From positions 53,568,001 to 53,632,000 of the forward strand of contig NC_043009.1 of assembly GCF_006345805.1 (NCBI RefSeq): DNA of 64,000 nucleotides. Direction: 5' to 3'. The notes below the pieces were generated by a model. It worked only from the letters and a program-made list of their open reading frames with translations. It had not been told where the DNA came from and searched no databases. Source of the DNA: Octopus sinensis (Eukaryota). The position numbers were made by a program, and so were the translations under genes. Shown here piece by piece: positions 52,166 through 64,000 of the stretch. Each line of letters opens with the position of its first letter. Position 1 is the stretch's first letter.

Positions 52166-52568
52166 ATTGATCGGGTTCCTACAGCCGGTCTTCGTCATCG
52201 CCTGAAGCTCCGAACCCTCCCTTCGGTGCTTCTACAACGGCGCTTAAGGTGGTTCGGTCATGCGGCCCGGCGTCCAGAGGGTGAGCTGATTCGCGATGTC
52301 CTCCTCTCGCCTCCACTTCCCAACTGGTGCAAACGCATTGGCGGGCAGCTGAAGACCTGGGCAACGACGATAAAGGAGGACCTGTCCAAACTCTCAGGTC
52401 CGCAGGTGGTCGGTCTGCGCAGATGGAATCGCGAATGGCTCGTTATCTCCAGTGACCTCGCACAGGACCATTTGAGTGTGGGCCGCCATGGTTTGTGATG
52501 CCGTCAGGACCAGGGAAGAAGGCGGTTCAACCCGCCCTGGGTGAACGCCGTCACAAGTACAAGTAAGT
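52166..52568 (+). mobile_element. RTE-clade LINE 3' end with CAAGTA tail
   Basis: LLQRRLRWFGHAARRPEGELIRDVLL...GGQLKTWATTIKEDL...SDLAQD; ends TCACAAGTACAAGTAAGTA. Confidence 0.9.
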
Positions 52569-53515
52569 ATACACACACATACGCAACTGCGTAAAATGAT
52601 ATTGATAAATGTATGTAAGGCAGACATATTTGTACATATATATGTCTACTAGCTCATGAAAGTGTATGTGCACGCCTACGTGCGTATGTGTGTGTGTGTG
52701 TATTTACGTGTATATTTGTTATAAAAACATATGTATATATTTTTTCGTGCATGTGTATGCGTGTGTAAGCGTGTGCAAGGTGTAGTAAGAGAGAGGTGAG
52801 AGTCCGTCTGCGTCTATAAGATTTTTTTGATGGATTTGTACATGTCTGTGCCTGGGAGTGTTAAATCTCCTTCGAAGTGTTTTAAATACACGCCAATAGA
52901 CATTTAATTATTTCATTTAAGAATCACAATCACGGCTTTCACTGTCTTTCTCTTTCCATTCCAGACTCTTCCCCCCCTTTCTCTCATTCTTTATGCGTTG
53001 ATGTTCTGTAAAAACAGCATATCGATCATAGATGTAAGTTTGCTGACCTGCTTACAGAATGCATTGTATTATATTACATTAACATATTTTCCTAGTATAT
53101 TCATTAAGTATTGTTTAACCTAGTGCTTAAAGCACAACAAAAGAACATGAATTGTTACAAGCGGGTGTTGATAATTACGCTTTGTTCTCTTGCCCGAGAT
53201 GAAAGTGGTGTGAATTAAAGAAAGGCGGTAAAGATATCCAAAGGTGGTTTATCAAGGAAATAGGAAGAAATAACGATTAGTTACACATATATAATTGTAG
53301 TACGACAAAGAATATGGCTGCCGTATCACATCTACGTGACTTGCATGACGTCACAGAACATGATTTCGTTACGAAGGGTTTTTTTCCCCGTCACAACACA
53401 AAACTAAATTGCATGCGTGTGCTAGCGAGTGAGCCTCTGTGAGCATGTTAATAAATATATTTCAAGTAATGTGTATATAAATATCGTGATATACATACAT
53501 ATGCATGTCTGCGGA

Positions 53516-53567
<52 letters not shown>

Positions 53568-53920
53568 ATATGTGTGGTGTGTGTGTGTGTGTGGGACTGT
53601 GTGTGTGTGTGTGTGACTGTGTGTGTGTTTGTGCGCTCATGTGTATGTACACAGAGAGACAGAGAAACGAGGAAAGTTGGAGAAAGTGAGTGTCAGCGAC
53701 AGAATGTACGTACGCTCTGTGCATGTATGCGTATATGTATGCTATCATGTATGTGCATGTGTATGTCTACGTGACCCTGTGTGCAGGGGTTATTGCAGAT
53801 GTGCTTTATTTAGCATTGCTGGATGTGATTATCAAATTCGTTCTTGTCCTTTCATTTTTCATAAAATGTTCAGGCTCATAAGACGAAAGGATTATTAATT
53901 GTGAATACACACACAGACAC

Positions 53921-53979
<59 letters not shown>

Positions 53980-54019
53980 TGCACGCACATATATAATACT
54001 TGTTTCAAACATTAGACTG

Positions 54020-54180
54020 AGAAATTTGAACTCAGAACCTAAAGATGGACGAAACGCCGCTAAGCATTTATCCCAGGGTGCTAACGACTCCGCCAGCTCA
54101 ATGCTTTAATAATGATAATAATCCTTTCTACTATAGGCACAAGGCTTTGAATTTGGCGGGAGAAGGACAGTCGATTATTT
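54020..54180 (-). mobile_element. SINE family B fragments
   Basis: GAAATTTGAACTCAGAAC..GCTAACGACTCCGCCAGCTC. Confidence 0.65.
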
Positions 54181-54699
54181 GATGTTGATGCTGGTGGTTT
54201 TGCTGTTGTTAGTGATGTTTGTGGTTCTCGCCCCGACGTAGGCAGCAGTGGACGCCGTAGGCAGCAGTGGACGCCGTAGGCGGCAACGAGCAGACAAATG
54301 AGTCTTTTCTCCACACCTAAATAAATGAGGCCTTTTGCCCTCAGTCATATGTTTCGCCTTCCCGTTCTGGAGACGGATGTGGTCTGTGATTTTTTAATGT
54401 TTTCTGGTTTGATCTGGAGAAGTATCTCCAAGTCAACCCCGGACTAGTCCTCCCTACCAGTTCTTGTCTTCTCTATAAGGACAGTATCCGCCTCCTCCAC
54501 AATCATGCATCCCAGAAACCAGCAAATATCTAGTGCTGGGTGATTCTAGGAATGCGGGCACGGGCTGTACGTTTCCACATTTGAGAGTTGTATATGATAA
54601 CTTTGCTGGTTTTGCAGGCTGTCATTGAATGTTTCGCAGTGCAGGCTTCTGACTTAAACAGCACCGAAAATGAAATAAAGTAGTAAAATAAAAACGGGA

Positions 54700-54861
54700 A
54701 AAAATTATATATATATATAGCGAGTGATTGATACATAAATAGAAATATATATCTATATATATATATATATATATATATATCAATATATACATATATAAAT
54801 ATATAACCATATACATATAAACATATATAAATATATATCTGCATATATCGGTATATATATG

Positions 54862-54902
<41 letters not shown>

Positions 54903-55123
54903 CACATATATATGTATATAATATACACAATATATATGTATATATATAATATATATGTAAATATATATATATATATATATACGTATATCTGTACACACAC
55001 ACATATATATGTATATATATATATGTATATATATATGTGTATATATATATATTATATATATGTATGTATTTATATATTCATATATATGTATATATGTATA
55101 TATTTGCATACATATGTATGCAA

Positions 55124-55161
<38 letters not shown>

Positions 55162-55406
55162 TACATATATAAATATACATATATATACATATATATATAC
55201 ATATATATATATACATATATGAAAGTGTATAAGAATTAATAACGAGGTACTTAAAAATACAAATCATCTTTACCGTTTAAAATGTTATATAATAACTTTT
55301 TGCATGCAGAAAGTGTATGCTTTTCTTTCTTTTTATGATCTAGACATATCTGTGATGAAGACCGATAATATTCAAGTAGGAAAAGGAAAAAAAGTCTATA
55401 ATACTC

Positions 55407-55490
<84 letters not shown>

Positions 55491-55531
55491 ATTATTATTA
55501 TTATTATTATTATTATCATTCATCATCATCA

Positions 55532-55573
<42 letters not shown>

Positions 55574-55588
55574 CATCATCATCATCAT

Positions 55589-55667
<79 letters not shown>

Positions 55668-55690
55668 TATTATTATTATATTATTATTTC
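54700..55690. repeat. (TA)n, (ATT)n and (ATC)n microsatellite blocks
   Basis: Direct reading. Confidence 0.95.
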
Positions 55691-56134
55691 GACGAAAATA
55701 AAAACAAAGTGTGTGTTCTCTATTGGTTATTTTAGTACAAATCATGAGCAGCAGCCGAAATAAATAAATGAATGAATAATTAAAGATAAAAATATTTCAA
55801 TAAACATTTTAACAATTCAAATTATAAAAAAGAAATTCTCCTCTGCAGAACTGGTGATTCAACTTCAGATATAAATTCAAAATGATATGAAATGTTTAAT
55901 TTTGGATGATAAAAAAATAGGCGAGAATTGATAAAAATTGTTCTATTGAAGATGAACAACCAATGACAATTGAAAGATTTGAAGAATGAATAGAAGAAAA
56001 CAGGTGTATAAAGTTGACTGTTAAATACGATGCTAAAAAGTTGACGATACAAGAACGTTTACGCTTTACATTGGCGTGAAAAGCCCCATTTGAAAAGCAG
56101 GCCCTGTCGATGTAAAAGGAAGATTTGATTTTTA

Positions 56135-56310
56135 TCTATGAGTGTAGGCATGGCTGTGTGGTTAACAAGCTCTCTCTGCACTCACGTGGTTTTGGGTTCA
56201 GTCCCAATTCACGGCACCATGGGCAAGTGTCTTCTACTATGGCCCCGCGTCAACCAAAGGTTTGGGAGTGAATATTTTTGACGGAAACAAAGCAGAAACC
56301 CGTCGGATAT
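56135..56310 (+). mobile_element. SINE family C, 5' half
   Basis: GGCATGGCTGTGTGGTTAACAAGC..GGGTTCAGTCCC..GGGCAAGTGTCTTCTACTAT. Confidence 0.75.
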
Positions 56311-56971
56311 ATCTATATACTACTAAAACTTTCTGATTGCTTGCTTGTCTCTCATTTAACACAGCCAAATCGGCCTATAATAGGAAAATATTATGAATTA
56401 ATGTAACCATGATAAGTGAATACAAACGAAATAAAACAACTTTGAAGTAAATTGGACAAAGGATTCCTTTGGGGGATATTCATGAATATCCAAAACAATG
56501 CATAATGGGAAAATACTCCGAAAATAACATAACCCTTTAAGGGAAGAAACTCTAGCCTTTCGCTTATGATCAATATCTTTTGTGTTTTGAGGACAAGCTT
56601 CATGATCTGGGCAAAGTCTTAGTGTCTTTAATTTACCAACGAAAAAGTATGAGTTATTTTTTTACTGTAAATGTTTCTATTTTCGCTTTTGTTAAACACA
56701 GTATTTTAATCGTTTAGAAATATTTTTAAGTGAATGTGATTTCAAGAATATAAGTTGTTTGTACAGTAAGTATTTTTATTTTTAGCAGTCTTTAAACAGG
56801 CAATATTCTGATTTTAAAAAAAATATATTTTCAAGTGAATACCAATACAAAACTTCTTGTTGGCAAATTTTAAAAAAGTGAAAATGACTTTAAAAATACA
56901 AATTGTTTGTATAGTGAGTATTCATATTTCAGCTTTCTTTAAACAGACAGTATTTTAATTATTAAAAAGTA

Positions 56972-57613
56972 GGTAAATATTTCGTAAAGGAACCGTTCGT
57001 ACCTCGGTGTGAAATAATTTTTTCCACAAGTTTTTTCGAATGCATTCAACGTATCTGACCACAAAACGCACTGCAAACCATTTTTTTTTTCGGAAAAGGC
57101 AGGGGTGGTGGTGACCTAGGAGTTTCAAGGGAAACTCCGAATTTCCCACCAAGGGATTTAGTTTCGCGGAATTTCTTCTTTTCCAGGTTATTTCGCATGC
57201 TTTCAAGGAAGTGACATCCAAATCACGCGTAAACTGCTCCTTTTCCCGGAAAAGGAAATATTTGGCTGCTATTTCTACTAAGCCCCGCTACCACGTAACA
57301 GCTATTTGTGATAAAGGACCCAAAGTATCTTTTACATGGTAGCAGAGCGTGCTCCTTTTCTGGGGAAAGGAGCCGTTTACGCGCGATTTCGATGTCACAT
57401 TCGCTGAAAACATGCAAAATAACCTGGAAGAGAAAAACAAAACTCCGTTGGTGGGAAACTCTGAGGTCCTCACTACCTCTGTACCCTTTTCATTCCCGGA
57501 ACAAAGTGGTTTGCGGCAGGTTTGGAGGTGAGATACGTTGAATACACTCGAAAAACCCGTGGAAAAATTAATTTCACACCGAAGTACGAATGGATCATTT
57601 ACGAAATATTTAT
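56972..57613. mobile_element. Large fold-back element (~300-bp diverged arms)
   Basis: TTCGTACCTCGGTGTGAAAT.. / ..ATTTCACACCGAAGTACGAA and further nested inverted matches converging near 57310. Confidence 0.8.
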
Positions 57614-57769
57614 CCAAGATCGAGACAAGGCATGCGAATAAAAGGATCGATGAGAATGATAAAGCAATGGCTGAGCGTCTGGTGAAACAGAGAAAAAGAG
57701 ACACAAGCAAAGGAGATCAGGAATCGAACGCGCGGAGAGCGTGGGAAAGAGACAAAAGGCATCATGAAT

Positions 57770-58075
57770 AGGATGTTCATGTGAATACAAACGGAATGAA
57801 ACACGTTTTGCGTTAATCGGACCACGGGTTACCGAGGATCACGGTTTTTTCGAGTACCTTTATAAATAGCTAAACCGGCGTATAATGGCGAAAATTCTTT
57901 GTAAGTAAGGTACTATTTAAATGTGAATACAAACGGAATAACAAAAATTTCGTCTAACTCAGACCACGGATTCCGGAGATACGTGTTTTTTTTTCGGTGT
58001 GTGTGTGTGTGGGGATGCATGTGTTGGTGTGTTAGTGTGTGTATGTGTGTGTCTGCATAAAGACTAGCGCAAAAT
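57770..58075 (-). mobile_element. Helentron/DINE-like non-autonomous fragment with ~80-bp internal direct repeat
   Basis: ATGTGAATACAAACGGAAT occurs twice; reverse complement ATCTCCGGAATCCGTGGTCTGAGTTAGACGAAATTTT. Confidence 0.35.
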
Positions 58076-58124
58076 ATAACGCCTGTTTCCTTCATTGTTG
58101 TTGTTATTATTATTATTATTGGAG

Positions 58125-58352
58125 AAGAAGACCCCCTTCGGTCATGAATGTTATCGAAGGAAAAGGCAAAGGCTGATACAGCTTGGCACCAGTGACGTCG
58201 GAACTCATTTTTACAGCTGAGTTAACCGGAGCAACGTGAAATAAAGTGTCTTGCTCTAGAACACAATAAGAAGTCCGGTCCGGGAATCGAACTCACAACC
58301 CCACGATCGTAAGATCTACGCTCTAAACACTGAGCCACGAGCCTTCACATTA
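58125..58352 (-). mobile_element. tRNA-derived SINE (family D)
   Basis: Reverse complement GTGGCTCAGTGTTTAGAGCG..GTGAGTTCGATTCCCGGACC..GAGCAAGACACTTTATTTCACG. Confidence 0.8.
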
Positions 58353-58357
58353 TTTTC

Positions 58358-58423
<66 letters not shown>

Positions 58424-58449
58424 GGTGTGTGTGTGTGTGTGTGTGTGTG

Positions 58450-58640
58450 TACAGAAGGTCTGATCAATAACTAGCCAGACTTGCTATAGTAACGAAGCTG
58501 AAGCACGCAGAGTGAAACCGCTTCACAAAAATTGACCTTGAACTCTGCTCTGCACACACATTAAGCTTTCACGTTTTACCTCTCTTCCGCCGTTTACAGC
58601 AGTGCTTGGTAGTAAGGTACGTTGCGTGTGATCGTCACAT
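58450..58640 (+). mobile_element. Mariner 5' terminal fragment
   Basis: TACAGAAGGTCTGATCAATAA TIR-like start; tentative. Confidence 0.45.
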
Positions 58641-58974
58641 TGACCATGACAGTGAAATCAGATCTCTTATGTACAGTATAATTAGTACTAGACTTAAAAA
58701 ATAAGCACCTGTCTTTGATTTGTTCCACTAAACTCTTCAAGTCGGGTCCCCAGCATATTCACAGTGAAATTACAGAAACATATAAAAGAGAAATTCACCG
58801 AGCTTAAAAGGCACATCATTTTATTGAACACAGAATAGTTGACTTTCATGAGACTTAAGCTCACTGCACATAGAGTCACACAAAAAGGCCTAGCTATCTC
58901 CTATATGCTTATTTTTATTTGATATTTATTTTGATTGCTTTTATTCTACAATAACGCGCAAATGGTTATGTACT

Positions 58975-59360
58975 GGTTTCTAATTTTGGCACGAGGTGGC
59001 ACGAGGTCAACAATTTCGTGGGAGGATCTACGTCGATTACATCAACCCCAGTGCTCAATTAGTACTTACTTTTTTGACTCTGAAATGCAAATTCATCCCT
59101 GGCGGGATTTGAACTTCGATCGTAAAGACAGACGAAATGATCCTAGGCATTTTTTCCAGTGTGCTAAGAATTCTGTATGCTCACCGCCTTGAACGAACGA
59201 TATATTGCTTTTAAATTTTGGCTTAAGGCCATCAGTTTTGGAGGAGAGTGTAAGTCAATTTCGTTGACACCAGTGCTAAACTGTTACTCAATTTATTTAC
59301 CTCGAAAGGGATAAAAGGCGAAGTCAACTTTGACGGAATTGGAACTCAGAAAGTAGAGAC
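58975..59360 (-). mobile_element. Two degenerate SINE family B copies
   Basis: GGCGGGATTTGAACT.. and GACGGAATTGGAACTCAGA. Confidence 0.6.
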
Positions 59361-60067
59361 TGTTATATATTAACAACTGAATAAATTAGTCACAACTGGA
59401 ATATATATTAACGACTAAACTCACTTCAAATTATACCCATAGCCGAATAAAGAAAAATACTGAAGGGTTTGCCGGAACCAAACTCATAGAAACAAGTGAC
59501 AGCATGAACACACCCTCTTCACTTCCAGATCCTTTAGGTGATTGATTGGCGGTATGTAGAAACACATTTGTCCAAATTGCATCTATCTTTGTGAATCGTG
59601 TTACGCTTATCACGAATTGTTCTTCAATAACAGTCGGCGATCCGTCCATGGACAACAAAAGCGCCTCGTGGAGACCATCTACGATTCTCAGGACAGTTTC
59701 GGGTCTTGAAATAAATTTAATATTCGTGCACGTTATATTATTCATTTATCAACGATTCATTTAATATTGTTCTTTTATTCTCTAACTAGAAAACTGGGAT
59801 AAACGAAGATATATTTTGATGTATATATATATTGATCATTGTGCGTTCAGATTTATATTTTTACATCAGAAGATTACAATAATATTAATTATATTCTACG
59901 TGATCTGATTGTATTCTACCATATCTAACGCTTGGCAATATAGACCGCGGCAGAAATTTCGTATGATAGTAAAATTAAATGTAAAATATTATTCATAATC
60001 AAATATAAATATAGATAGAAATAAATATATATGTCTGTACAACAATCTTTATATACCACTATCAACA

Positions 60068-60480
<413 letters not shown>

Positions 60481-60845
60481 TTATCTAGCTATGTACATCT
60501 GTGTGTGTCTTATGGCGTGGATATATAATGTGCGCATACTTTGACATTTGTGTTTCATTTATCATAAAGCAGCCGTGGTTAGCATCTATTTTACTTGAGA
60601 AGCAATTTCCATGGAAAACATCTGTCGCTATTTTTCGAAACAGATTTAGGCATAATTCTCATCTATTTAAATTGTATATTAAATATTATATTCTGTCAGC
60701 TAATCCTTCGATGTATGTATATAAATATACATATACACATACATCACACAAACATATACTTGGGGATTTTTTTGTGCATCTGTTACTCACTGTCTTCCTC
60801 TTTCATTCTGTTCCCTTCTCTTACCATTTCTCATTATGTATGTAT

Positions 60846-60913
<68 letters not shown>

Positions 60914-61378
60914 TGAATGTATACATATACGTATGTATACATACAAACACGTGTATTTATATGTATGTGTTTGTACGTGTGTGTGTCAATGTATGTATAT
61001 ATAAATACGTATATTTCATTTGTGCATTTTGCGTGTGTGTTATATATATATATGCGCGTATAAAATATTCGTGTTACCGTGTGTACACACACACATACAC
61101 AGACACACATATATACATGCACATTCGAGCGTATGTAGATATATATGCACACATATATATTTATATATTTATAGGTATGCAGATTTGTGTATATGTGTGT
61201 ACGCGTGTTTGGATGTGTGTGTTTTGCATGTGTGTGTGTGTGTGTGTGTGTGTTATGCGCACGTGTGTATGCGTATACATAACTACAGATAAATATATGC
61301 ACGCATCACATACTTAAGTATTTATATATGATGTGTGAGTGTGGATGCGTATGCAACTGTTTTTCTGATGTATTATTT

Positions 61379-61397
61379 ATATACATACATACATACA

Positions 61398-61431
<34 letters not shown>

Positions 61432-61685
61432 CATACGTACATACATACATACATACATACATACATACATACATACATACACACATACATACATACATAC
61501 ATACATACATACATACATACGTACATACATACATACATACATACATACATACATACATACATACATACATACGTACGTACATACATACATACATACATAC
61601 ATACATACATACGTACATACATACATACATACATACATACATACAAACATACATACATACATACATACATACATACATACATACA

Positions 61686-61720
<35 letters not shown>
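61379..61720. repeat. (ACAT)n tetranucleotide microsatellite (~340 bp)
   Basis: Direct reading. Confidence 0.97.
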
Positions 61721-62603
61721 GCTAACATCAAACGCTCTCTCAAATATTTCTTTATTGAACAGTAATTAAATATCAAAAAATTAGAAACTGAAACTTCAAT
61801 AAACAACAAAACCAATAAATATGATAAACCCAAACATAAAAACATAAACACTATCATTACAAATCAGCAAGAAATGTTATTTAAACATATGTGTACAAAT
61901 AAAATCAGGACGGTTGTCAGCTGGTCCTATATTTTGTCTGTCACGAATAAAAAAAGTGGCTGTTTCGCTTTCGGAGCGGTTTTAAACACAGAATTCAAAG
62001 TCGTGTAATTAAATACCGTGTACTATTTTATTAAGTTTCATCGATTTAATCAACTGGGTCACTTACAAATAATTCTTTGTGATTTGAAGCATACGGTTTA
62101 GAAATCAATGACGGAGGGTTTTAGCAGATACCGTCGAGTGGTATATACTCAACCGCAACTACTTTGTCCTGATAGATAAAAGGCAAAGCTGAGATCTGCA
62201 ATGTTCTCCTCAAGACGTAAGGGGCGGGAAGTAATGATCTGAAGCATTTTTCCGATGCTCTAGCTTTTCTGACATTTTGTTGCCTTCGTTTATTTAATAA
62301 TACTTTCTAATTTTTGACAAAAGGTCAGCTGTTTTTTTTTGTTTGTTTTTTTTGGTGGTGGAAGTCGATAATAACAGCTCCAGTGGGCACCTGGTACTTA
62401 CTTTGTCGTCCATGAAAGGATGAAAGGAAAAGCCGACCGTGGTAAAATTGGAACTCAGAACATACGGTTTACTGAATAATAGCGAGTTTTGGCGGAAGGA
62501 TAGGACATATTTTGTTTTTTGTATCTGGTTTGCAAGATTATTTATGTGCATTCGTGTGTTGAAGCAAATTATGTTGTGTCTAGGGAGAGTCACGTTATTT
62601 TAA

Positions 62604-62807
62604 GGCCTTATTATCTAACACACTCACCTGTTCAATTTCCACTCATTTATTATCTATAATTTTCCTTCCAAAATTTTCGTTGATTTTGCTACCTTGTCAA
62701 TGAACATCCATTAGCAAGGTTGCAAAAGCAACGAAAATTTGGAAAGAAAAAAGATAAATGATAAACAAGTGGAAATCAAACCGGTGAGTGTGTTAGATAA
62801 TAAGGCA
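62604..62807. mobile_element. Palindromic MITE flanked by TTAA (Kolobok-like)
   Basis: TTAA|GGCCTTATTATCTAACACACTCACC...GGTGAGTGTGTTAGATAATAAGGCA|TTAA. Confidence 0.75.
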
Positions 62808-63439
62808 TTAAGACAATTTGACTCTCGCCAGGCACAATATAGGGCTCATATTTGGAACATAGTAAAGAGAGTATTATCAATCTTGGGACTTGAGTATGAA
62901 TTCACTTTATCGAACTGAGGAAAATGAAAAAGCAAAGACAGACTTAACCACGTTTGAATGGAATTTCGAAAATAAGAGTAGCTACATATTTCAAGTTTGA
63001 CTATGCATCTATCGACCTCTGTTCATTTCATTATAATATCGATTCAACGTAGGCACACCACTTAATACATAAGTATAAGTGTTTGCCTGCTCAGTATTTG
63101 TTTTGGACATAATTTTCAAACTTAGCTGTCAGAGTTAGGGAGACCCGCTGTGAGCTCTAGAATTGACATAATAATACCCCGGCCCAGTCGGCTCACTTAC
63201 ACTCATCAGGTAGTCAGTTCGATTTTCCTTGGATAACATCGGTGGCGTGGAGAGGTGAGGCTGGTATTCATGGGCGACTGCTGGTTTTCTATAAAGAATC
63301 TTGCTCGGATTTGTGCCTCGGAGGATAACTTTCTATCTAGGGGCTATCACATAGTCATTCATGACCGAAGGGTATCTTTACAAATCACCTTCAAAATCAG
63401 GAAAGAGACTTTCAGTAATATAGTCCCTCTATTTTTTTT

Positions 63440-63713
63440 TTGCTATTGCGAACTATCATATTATATTGTTTTTTTTTACTTGTTTCAGTTATTAGACTGC
63501 GGTCATTAGATACCACCTTGAAGAAGTTTAGTCAAACGAATCGACCCCATTGTTTTATTGTTTTAAGCTTGGTACTTAGTCTGTCAGCTACTTTCGTTGA
63601 ACTGCTAAATTACGGGGACATAAACACAGGCACAACGACCCCCCACCCATATATATGTATGTCTGTATTGATATACATGTGTGCGTGTGTGAGTGTATGT
63701 GTGCATATATATA

Positions 63714-63754
<41 letters not shown>

Positions 63755-63900
63755 CGAAGAGCGTCTTCTAGTTTCCGTCTACCATATCCGCTCACCAGGC
63801 TTTAGTCTTGCCCCGAGGCTATAGTAGAAGACACTTGCCCAAGGTGCCACGCAGAGAGACTGAACCCGGAATCATGAGATGGAAGCAAGCTTCTTACCAT
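63440..63900 (-). mobile_element. SINE family C with internal microsatellite
   Basis: CCCCGAGGCTATAGTAGAAGACACTTGCCCAAGGTGCCACGC..GACTGAACCCGGAA. Confidence 0.85.
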
Positions 63901-64000
63901 GCAGTATATTAAAATTTAGTATGAAAACTGCAGTCGTCTAAGACAACCTATTTCTCTTTTGGAGAAACGGACGCTTTGAGAGATTCCAGACAACCATTTC

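Noticed and set aside
54238-54290. 19-bp tandem CGTAGGCAGCAGTGGACGC x2.5
   Set aside because: An ordinary short local duplication with no further structure.
59460-59500. CTGAAGG-GTTTG/CAAAC-GAAAC
   Set aside because: A9 is altered, there is a 4-5 nt insertion before GAAA, and no valid cleavage triplet.

Overview
AT-rich, repeat-saturated eukaryotic non-coding DNA. The very dense (TA)n/(CA)n/(ATCT)n/(ACAT)n/(AAT)n tracts and the tRNA-derived SINE families suggest an octopus (cephalopod) genome; this is inferred from recognition of repeat families, not from a search. No intact protein-coding gene is supported, and almost all listed ORFs are microsatellite read-throughs. The window holds decayed transposons: Penelope-like (PLE) RT and GIY-YIG pieces, mariner and Tc1 transposase relics, CR1-, RTE- and R4/Dong-type LINE ends, non-autonomous Helitrons, several fold-back MITEs, many SINEs and a 28S rRNA fragment. 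The most notable signal is a set of hammerhead ribozyme (HHR) motifs read by eye. The best is a ~361-nt tandem retrozyme-like element at 46192-46723 (minus strand). It carries a full type I HHR with a CAAAUA loop 2 and a bulged stem I, and its upstream copy begins exactly at the predicted self-cleavage site. Other HHRs include a near-perfect GUC HHR at 50887-50964, a divergent partner at 50537-50611, an inverted PLE pLTR pair each carrying an HHR (29754-29831 and 31258-31334), and partly decayed HHRs at about 40.1, 44.9, 47.2, 6.8 and 4.3 kb.
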